Assembly: GCA_030141605.1 (NCBI GenBank)
Contig: JAQGDQ010001993.1
Coordinates: forward strand, 1 to 18,436
DNA: 18,436 bases
DNA from: Tubiluchus corallicola
Lineage: Eukaryota > Animalia > Priapulida
Direction: 5' to 3'
Of this stretch, positions 10,154 through 18,436 are shown one piece after another (the first letter of the stretch is position 1; each line of letters begins with the position of its first letter). The notes under the pieces were generated by a model, which worked only from the letters and a program-made list of their open reading frames with translations, was not told where the DNA came from and made no database searches. Position numbers and translations under genes: made by a program.

Positions 10154-10799
10154 GGGGAACGCTGAAAGAAGCCCAACCACCTAGAAGGCTTCACCTCACC
10201 TACAAAGATCCACCACTTCAAAACACGCAGGTTTGGACTTGATTTCGTTAGACAAACACAACCGGGTAGAAATGCTTGTAGCTATACCAGACACGTACAT
10301 GTGTTATCAACTATATAAGCTTCCCTGTTTGTATAGTTTATGAAAATTGCAATCCTCAAAACACGTGAAAACCCGTAAAAAGCAATTGTAAACTGTTCTC
10401 TGTATTTCGTTCAGGGCGCGTCCACACCGGGGTGTTCAAGTTTTAGGCACAAGGGTAGCATTTTCCCGTTCGGTTATAAAATTAGAAAAAACGGGTAGTT
10501 TTCCACGAATTTGAATCTCTTCACAAGATGTTCTCACCTACGTAAGTCATTTAAGGTGATGCAGAGAATGTGAATGAAGAGGTTCTACCTCTTTTATCCT
10601 GCCCTTTTTCAGGTGCACCCCCGTGGCTTTCCAGTAGCTAGTGCCTAGACGTCAACAGGATAGATAAACATGAAAACTAGTGAGAAAATATGCGGACACG
10701 ATGTGTCCATGTTTTTGATTTAAACAAAAAATTGCAAAGTTCAAGATTTCAGGTTCACAAAGTTGAGACGATGTGCCAGATTGCATGCAAACGCATGAC

Positions 10800-10845
10800 A
10801 GTCGCGGCGGACGCCATCTTGTTTTTTCATGCGCATGCGCGCAAA
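10800..10845. promoter_or_regulatory. CpG-rich patch with adjacent YY1-like and NRF1-like motifs
   Basis: CGCCATCTT at 10812-10820 and TGCGCATGCGC at 10830-10840, inside an otherwise AT-rich region. Confidence 0.35.
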
Positions 10846-11058
10846 GCGATTGTTGTACTTTGTTGGATTATCGTTTCCGTAGAAAATGTTGTTCAGCTCG
10901 TGTCGTTGGCTGAAAATAAATTCAGGATAGGAAATAAGAAATTATGGTAGAAATTACTGCAATGTACTGTACCAATGTAATGTAATTACTAAAATGCACC
11001 ACATTTTAGTCATAGTCCCAGAATATCATGTTATAACGTTCGTAATAGGATACTATTG

Positions 11059-11591
11059 TGTACACTGGCAATAGTATTATAAATGCTATTATTAACTCAC
11101 ATAGACTTGTACACTGGTAATAGTATTATAACTGCTATTATTAACTCACATAGACTTGTACACTGGCAATAGTATTATAACTGCTATTATTAACTCACAT
11201 AGACTTGTACACTGGTAATAGTATTATAACAGCTATTATTAACTCACATAGACTTGTACACTGGCAATAGTATTATAACTGCTATTATTAACTGACATAG
11301 ACTTGTACACTGGCAATAGTATTATAACTGCTATTATTAACTCACATAGACTTGTACACTGGCAATAGTATTATAACTGCTATTATTAACTCACATAGAC
11401 TTGTACACTGGCAATAGTATTATAACTGCTATTATTAACTCACATAGACTTGTACACTGGCAATAGTGTTATAACTGCTATTATTAACTCACATAGACTT
11501 GTACACTGGCAATAGTATTATAAATGCTATTATTAACTCACATAGACTTGTACACTGGCAATAGTATTATAACTGCTATTATTAACTCACA
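11059..11591. repeat. 49 bp tandem minisatellite, about 11 copies
   Basis: Unit GTACACTGGCAATAGTATTATAACTGCTATTATTAACTCACATAGACTT starts at 11060, 11109, 11158 and so on to 11550. Copies are highly homogeneous. Confidence 0.98.
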
Positions 11592-11614
11592 ACTTGCTTT
11601 TTTATCAAATTACA

Positions 11615-11670
11615 AATATATATATATATATATTTACTCTTGTAATTTTTATTTATATATTTATAAATAA

Positions 11671-11729
<59 letters not shown>

Positions 11730-11730
11730 T
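11615..11730. repeat. (AT)n microsatellite and AT-only low-complexity tract
   Basis: Pure (AT)n at about 11616-11633 and 11675-11725. Confidence 0.95.
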
Positions 11731-12160
11731 TTTTATTTCACTATATTTTGTTTCATTTTAGTATTGTATTTATATTTTATATGGTCTTAGTTACCGAAAT
11801 AAAAAAATGATTTGAATTAAATTGTAATACTATCAGGTATAATAGTTGCTCTACCCATAAAACAGGCACAAAGCCAAACTCGCTGACGGGCAGAAAGACA
11901 GGCGAACAAACAGACACTAAAAGTTAAGTAGGCAAACAAACAGATAGACAAACAGGCCAGATGAATCTAAATCTTATTAATAGCCACACTGTTGCAAGAT
12001 AAATGTGATATGAAAGGTTATAATGTAAAATTTCTAAGATTTTAAGTTGCTGTGAAAAAAGCTAATAAACAAACAAATAAATAAACAAATAAGTAAATAA
12101 ACAAAAACAAAATAAATGAATAAATACGAGAAGCCATATTAACTATTATCTGTAAAAACG

Positions 12161-12234
12161 AAATATAACTTAATTTTTAACTATTTTAAAATATAACTTA
12201 ATTTTTAACTATTTTTAAATATAACTTAATTTTT
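12161..12234. repeat. Short ~28 bp tandem repeat, about 2.7 copies
   Basis: AAATATAACTTAATTTTTAACTATTTT is repeated. (AAAC/AAAT)n low-complexity sequence precedes it at about 12064-12125. Confidence 0.85.
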
Positions 12235-13474
12235 CAGGCTCAGCAATTCACTCTGCGTTTAGTACTGAACGATTATGATGAAGAAAGCAGTGATTGAACG
12301 AACGAATGAATTCATGGATAGACGAATAAATAATTTTTTAAAAAGTTAAATATGTGAGTTCGCATCACATTAGTTTTACTCATTAAACTTTTTTTGAAAA
12401 ATAAAAATTATTTTCTACGTGTAGATAAAGTTTCCGACTATTCCATTTCCACGGTAATTTTATTCATAAAATTATTTACATTTTATAATTTATATTATAT
12501 TAATGCGATAATTTTCAACAAACGCGTGAATTTTCATTCTGAGTTAAATATAATGGCAGATTCTTATATAGAAAAATAAAAAAATATTTCAACACTTCAG
12601 TACTATTCTAGTCAAATTTATGTTACCGTGTTAAAACACAATTTAATTTTCACTAAATTTAATTTACAAATTATTAATAAGATTTATGCATAAGCCATAA
12701 AATTGCATCAGCATTTCAATACTTAAAATACCTTAATGACATTTTTTATCAAAAAAAAATGTACGATTTTTTGTCTGCCTTGGTAGTCCATGAGATAAAC
12801 TAATTTTAGCTTTTTACTGTAAAACAAAATATATTTTTAGCAATTGTATTTAAACATTAGACGTCTCTTATTATTTTCTACTACAAACTGTGACTTCACA
12901 ATTATTTTCATTAAAAAATGTTGTTCTGTTGAAATGTTTAAATTATTATTATTTATTATTTTATTTCACTTTTATTTCAGTATATAAAATACCATAAAAT
13001 AATGAAGAAATAAAGAAATAAACTTTGACAAAAACGCAAAAAATGTGAAAAGGCAAGTCACAATGACAAGACAAATCACTACTGGAAAAAACGGGTTTTT
13101 ACAACCGTTTTTATAAACATAAACAACAATTTTCATAAACAATAAACAACAGTGTTTTTACTTAAAACTTAATTTACAACTGTTTAGAAAAGCTGATTTT
13201 ACTAATTTCAGCATTGTGACCAGAGCTACAAATAATTGGGACTTATTAATAAAAGAAAGTTTATCTGTCTACCCTAATAAGCCTTCTCTTAATGTACAAA
13301 GCAGTTCAATTCCATTAATTTTATTTCTAAACACTTGTTACTGTATCTATTTGTTTTCTAGAGGTCTGTTTATTCATTACTTTGGCTTCTTTGTAAATAC
13401 ATAATTATTGCAAAATTTTCTATACTGTATAGGTTCTGTCTATATAAACTGTTTATTGTTTGTATAGTGTACGA

Positions 13475-13900
13475 CTGATGATGACAGCTAATTCTCTACC
13501 ATTACAGGTTAAACAAATCAAGTCCCTATCAGCATTTAAAACAAAATTAAAATCACTAATATTAACCAGATATGAAATACCATCACACCAGTACGACAAC
13601 ATACACACTAATTCAGAATTCATATATCCACGGCCATATTAATTAAATCATAATTTTTTCATTTTTTGTGAATAATTGTAAATATGTTTGATTTTATTCG
13701 TCGTTACTTTCCATTACTGCACAGTAGTTTAGATTGCACTGACGCATTTGCCTTTAGCAGTGTAAGTTTTTATTAACTAACACTGATTGATCATCTCTGT
13801 AAAGTTTTTATCGGTGATTATCAATGTATTTTAATGGCAAATAAAGATTATTGCATACATACATTACATAATTGCTGTCGAAACATTTGGACATGTTTCT
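13475..13900 (+). ncRNA. Interrupted type I hammerhead-ribozyme motif of the Penelope-like pLTR
   Basis: CTGATGA (13475-13481), T-GACAGC-TAATT, then the insertion, then GCTGTC-GAAAC (13874-13884). Removing the insert restores core boxes and a 6 bp stem II. Stems I and III are weak or ambiguous. Confidence 0.65.
13494..13868 (+). mobile_element. Short element derived from a CR1/L2-type LINE 3' end, copy 2
   Basis: About 8 substitutions and 1 indel versus 3759-4118 by manual comparison. Has a (CATA)-type tail and a TSD TAATT at 13489-13493 and 13869-13873. Confidence 0.85.
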
Positions 13901-14249
13901 TAAACAGTTGTAAATTAAAGTTTTTAACGAAAATTTCGTTGTTTTAATAACAAATGATTTAAAGGGCCTGTATAAAATGACTTTAATTTAACTAGGTTTA
14001 TTGCTAAGTCGATGTGCGCGTATCTCTTGGACATAAACAGTTGCAAATTAAAGTTTTAATAATAGTTGTTGTTTTAATAATAAAAAGCAGAGCTTATAAA
14101 AATTATATCTTTATACAATCTTGTAGAAATAAAATTTAAAATCCAGCAATACTATTCGACTGCATTGAACCATTTTCCTCAAAACTCCACATATCTGACG
14201 ATAATTTTACAAATACATTATACTCAAGTAAATCTTGCGTCTGTTTCTT

Positions 14250-14528
14250 CTCTCTACGCGCGGGTGAACTCAAGCACAATAAGCACTTTTGATAATTTAT
14301 TATCATCCACGGATATAATAGTAACGGAGCAGTGATATTATCGAGCGCGCCGGATTTTCCATGTGCCGGGGCCGCGGTGGTAACTATCGCGTGCCCCTGA
14401 GTAGCATTTCTGTCAAGTAATTGATACGAGTTGAAGACGTGGGCGTGGTTAAACATGCCTCAGTTTCATCACCTCAGATAGATGCGTGCTACTCTGACCA
14501 TTCTGAATCGTCTACCTGTGGAATAAAC
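14250..14528 (+). promoter_or_regulatory. Putative promoter / 5' UTR of the DMRT gene
   Basis: Sharp rise in GC and CpG content from about 14250. TATA-like TATAATA at about 14314 and Sp/KLF GC box GGGCGTGG at 14441-14448, directly upstream of the coding exon. Confidence 0.45.
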
Positions 14529-14910
14529 ATGTCTGGAATGAATCTTCCCGTCTCGGGGGTACCGACGAGCGTGGGCGGACCCCATCCGCATCCACACGCG
14601 ATTTTTCTCCGCGCGACAGAGCGGTATCCGCGCACGCCGAAGTGCGCGCGGTGTCGCAATCACGGTGTCGTATCCGCGTTGAAAGGGCACAAAAGGTACT
14701 GCAGATGGAAGGATTGTGTTTGTGCCAAATGTACGCTGATTGCCGAGAGACAGAGAGTAATGGCCGCCCAGGTAGCCCTAAGGAGACAGCAAGCCCAGGA
14801 GGAGAATGAAGTTAGAGAATTAGGGCTACTCTACGGAGCAGCAGGAGACGGGCTCCTGGCTATGCAAGGTGGATTGCCTCACATACAACGCTCTGGTTCG
14901 AAAAGCCCAG
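14529..14910 (+). CDS. dmrta2: First coding exon of a doublesex/mab-3-related transcription factor, DMRT-A class (DMRTA2/Dmrt5/Dmrt99B-like); 3' partial
   Basis: Intact DM domain at about 14628-14786: [53 protein letters not shown]. Flanks LRATERY and [17 protein letters not shown] are typical of DMRTA2/Dmrt99B. First in-frame ATG is at 14529 (AAACATG), alternative at 14538. Splice donor CAG|GTAGGT at 14910/14911 (phase 1). Family is certain; exact paralogue name needs a phylogeny. Confidence 0.93.
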
Positions 14911-15910
14911 GTAGGTTGATTAGAATTCATTACTTTGTAAGTTTCCGGGCGTATCCATGACAGGATCCTTTACAAAAGTACGAAAAATCTAATACATGCA
15001 ACAGTTGAATTTATTCTATTGAAAACTCATTTTTAAATTTTCCAAAACTGTTTCAAAAAAACCCTTTTTGTGCTCAATTTTGGCAAAGTTGAGTTTCGCG
15101 TGTGAGAGGTAGATGGTCCCACCATTCTAAGACGCCCCCATAAGTAAGCAAGTTTTGCAGCAGCCATTGTTGAGTTCAATTCCCGCAGGGTACTAACACC
15201 AGTCTCGCATAATCTCGCAGATATAAACACTTTATATTCATTGCTCTACCAATGCGCTGCTCTAACATAATTATTCTTTCACTTGACAACGCGTCCAGGC
15301 CATTCTTACGTGTTTATTTTCAATATCAAAACCCCTGCTTGTCAAATTCTTCATAATTAAACGTGCTTTAAAGGAGTATTCTGCTGGTATAATGTCACAC
15401 ACTGGGTACGGAATAGGTGCTTGAATGGAGTAAAAGTTCAATGTATAAGACATAACACTTTCAAAGCCACCAGCTGCCCAAACCCTGATCCCCTCCCTGC
15501 TAGGGTCCTTAATGGTCCATTATAGGGCCCTCTTTTTCAAACAGAAACAGTTAGCTTTGCGCGAGGGTATGTCAATCAAAGACGTATGTAGACCGGTAAC
15601 AGTTGTACCACGACCACGACTCAAAGAAGTGAAACAATAATTAACTTGGCTCTTTGTTGGTCTGAAGTTTTGGGGGATTAATCCTAGACTGGGTCTTCAA
15701 TGTGTCTTTGATTTGAACCAGATGACGTGGCTCATCGACTCAGGGATTTGTTTCTAGACACTCGGGTTAGGTCTAGGAATATAACCAGTGTAAACAAACC
15801 ACTTGAACAAATGCAACACACTGAGAAATTCTATTTATTTTTCGATTTTATCACAATTTGAAATCGTTAAAGACTTTTCACGTGAAATTGTGAACTTTTT
15901 TGTAAGAGTT

Positions 15911-17289
15911 AGAGGCAGAGAGTCTTAAGTTTTTTTGTAACTGTAAGCTTTTTTAGAGACAGAGAATTTTGAGTTTTCTGTAACTGTAAGCTTTTTGGAG
16001 ACAGAGAATTTTAAGTTTTCTGTAACTGTACGCTTTTTCAGAGACAGAGAGTGTTAATTTTTCTGTAACTGTAAGCTTTTTTAGAGACAGGGAATTTTGA
16101 ATTTTCTGTAAGTGTAAGCTTTTTTAGAGACAGGGAATTTTGAATTTTCTGTAACTGTAAGATTTTCCAGAGACAGAGAGTTTTAATTTTTCTGTAACTG
16201 TAAGCTTTTTTAGAGACAGGGAATTTTGAATTTTCTGTAACTGTAAGCTTTTCCAGAGACAGCGAGTTTTAATTTTTCTGTAACTGTAAGCTTTTTTAGA
16301 GACAGGGAATTTTGAATTTTCTGTAACTGTAAGCTTTTTTAGAGACAGGGAATTTTGAATTTTCTGTAACTGTAAGCTTTTTTAGAGACAGGGAATTTTG
16401 AATTTTCTGTAACTGTAAGATTTTCCAGAGACAGAGAGTTTTAATTTTTCTGTAACTGTAAGCTTTTTTAGAGACAGGGAATTTTGAATTTTCTGTAACT
16501 GTAAGCTTTTCCAGAGACAGCGAGTTTTAATTTTTCTGTAACTGTAAGCTTTTTTAGAGACAGGGAATTTTGAATTTTCTGTAACTGTAAGCTTTTCCAG
16601 AGACAGCGAGTTTTAATTTTTCTGTAACTGTAAGCTTTTTTAGAGACAGGGAATTTTGAATTTTCTGTAACTGTAAGCTTTTCCAGAGACAGCGAGTTTT
16701 AATTTTTCTGTAACTGTAAGCTTTTTTAGAGATAGGGAATTTTGAATTTTCTGTAACTGTAAGCTTTTTTAGAGACAGGGAATTTTGAATTTTCTGTAAC
16801 TGTAAGCTTTTCCAGAGACAGCGAGTTTTAATTTTTCTGTAACTGTAAGCTTTTTTAGAGACAGAGAATTTTGAGAGTTTTCTGTAACCATAAGCTTTTT
16901 TTTTATAGAGAGAGAGTTTTAATTTTTCTGTAATTCTAAGCTTTTTTAGACACAGAGAATTCTGAGTTTTCTGTAACTGTAAGCTTTTTTACAGACAGAG
17001 AGTTTTAAGTTTTCTGTAACTGTAAGCTTTTTTACAGACAGAGAGTTTTAAGTTTTCTGTAACTGTAAGCTTTTTTAGAGACAGAGAGTTTTGAGTTTTC
17101 TGTAACCGTAAGCTTTTTTAGACACAGTTGCAGAAAAATTTAAACTCTCTGTCTCTAGAAAACTTACAGTTACAGAAAAATCAGAATTCTCTGTGTCTAA
17201 GGAAGCTTACAGTTACAGAAAAATTAAAACTCTCTGTCTCTAGAAAACTTACAGTTACAGAAAACTCAGAATTCTCTGCAAGCTTTTTT
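15911..17289. repeat. 43 bp minisatellite (~28 copies) followed by ~4 inverted copies
   Basis: Unit TTTTCTGTAACTGTAAGCTTTTTTAGAGACAGGGAATTTTGAA, with AGAGAC at 16212, 16255, 16298 and onward. From about 17126 the sequence is the reverse complement (CTCTCTGTCTCTAGAAAACTTACAGTTACAGAAAA). Confidence 0.97.
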
Positions 17290-18380
17290 ATGAATTCCCG
17301 CAAATAATTCTCTATTTGAATTAAGAACACGCGCGATAGTAAGAACCGGCAGCTTTTTAACAAACTTATTTTTGCTTAGTAATAAAAATGTTTCATTTGC
17401 AAAAAAATTACAGAAAACTAAATGATCCTTCTTCCAAAGTCTATAACACAATCATAGTTGACAGTTGATAACATGTATTTTTCTAAATAAATTTACGCAT
17501 CCACAACGCATGCGTATAGGCGATGTATTTCCAGTAAAATGAAAATGTACGCATCACGCAAATTTCTAAATTTCTAATACTATATGCACAAATATACTGT
17601 AATTTATCAAAGTGCTTTACAATATAATATCATTACTTTTTTATAATTTCTCAAAATTTTCGATTTTAATATTACAGTCCTTTATAAACTCAAGATTATA
17701 ATAAATATGTATTATGTTACGCTCGGCAATTTTTGGATAAACGCCCAATTATTTTTGCATATTATAAAACACGTACCTATGTACGCGCAGTTATGTAAAC
17801 TCCTGCTATTGTGAATTTTGTTTTTTTGGTTTTGCAAGTTTTTTGTTGAAATTTGGCGTGTCGACTAACATGGTCAGATTTCGTGTGAATAGATTTGGTT
17901 GATTTAACTCTTTATTTTGAACTAGGTTCATAGAATACACAACATACAATAATTACAAGACATACAATAATTACAATAGACTTGTCTTCATTTCTCTGTA
18001 CTTTGTTTAGTTTGTTAGCACGCTAAATTGATTATGCATATCAATTAAATACGTTAATGAACTCATTCAAACCTTTGCATTTTGATTAGTAAGATTTAAT
18101 TTATGAACAAAACAATTAATTATAGAAGTTAGGAAATATAAAATCATTATATTTGTTACAAATAATAGAAATGCATACATTCCAGTGACTGGACGTTTAG
18201 TCTAACAGCAGCAATTACACAAACAAAAACAAATGGACACAGTTATACACAAACAAACATGTGACCTTACAAACAAACAAACATTATATAAAGATATGCG
18301 CAGAAGATGCATATTAGTCTTAAAGAACAAGAGGAAGTTGAAGTAAGTTTCAGAAACATCGCGTTAAACATTATATCACT

Positions 18381-18436
18381 TTATTATATATTATTTACGT
18401 TATATTATATTATACTATACTGTACTATGCTATACT
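18381..18436. repeat. Start of another degenerate pentanucleotide array, opposite orientation to 9073-10153
   Basis: TTATA, CTATA, CTGTA and CTATG units run to the window end. Confidence 0.7.

Larger units (their letters stand above)
13100..14085 (+). mobile_element. Penelope-like retroelement remnant: GIY-YIG C-terminus, pseudo-LTR with hammerhead motif, inverted and partial pLTR copies; interrupted at 13494-13868
   Basis: 13192-13326 reads ADFTNFSIVTRATNNWDLLIKESLSVYPNKPSLNVQSSSIPLILF, matching the F.I......L.IKESL.I....PSLN.Q..S.PL.LF end of Penelope-type GIY-YIG ORFs. 13169-13186 is the exact reverse complement of 13901-13918. 14027-14080 is a partial direct copy of about 13887-13950. 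Confidence 0.8.
14911..18436 (+). other. Inferred intron of the DMRT gene, over 3.5 kb, extending past the window
   Basis: GT donor at 14911. No recognisable DMA-domain exon downstream; sequence is AT-rich and repeat-filled. Confidence 0.7.

Noticed and set aside
14421-14528. N-terminal 36 codons of the 179 aa ORF
   Set aside because: The ORF caller started at a TTG. The first in-frame ATG is 14529, so this stretch is more likely 5' UTR or promoter.
14136-14690. Antisense ORFs 14136-14456 and 14469-14690
   Set aside because: No recognisable motifs; expected by chance in the GC-rich promoter and opposite a real exon.

Overview
AT-rich animal (eukaryotic) genomic DNA that is mostly repeats. 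One host gene is clear: the first coding exon of a DMRT-A class (DMRTA2/Dmrt99B-like) DM-domain transcription factor at 14529-14910 (+), followed by an intron that apparently runs past the window end. The rest contains three minisatellites (58, 49 and 43 bp units; the last has a terminal inversion) and a 1.08 kb pentanucleotide array whose motif changes one base at a time. It also has a cluster of TTAA-flanked Kolobok/T2-like non-autonomous DNA elements and two near-identical short elements derived from a CR1/L2 LINE 3' end. One of those short elements splits the hammerhead-ribozyme motif of a Penelope-like retroelement remnant. A head-to-tail trimer of a ~170 bp (GAT)n-tailed unit is flanked by a single 11 bp target-site duplication. 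Most ORFs in the supplied track are repeat artefacts. All family assignments come from motif recognition by eye; no database search was run.
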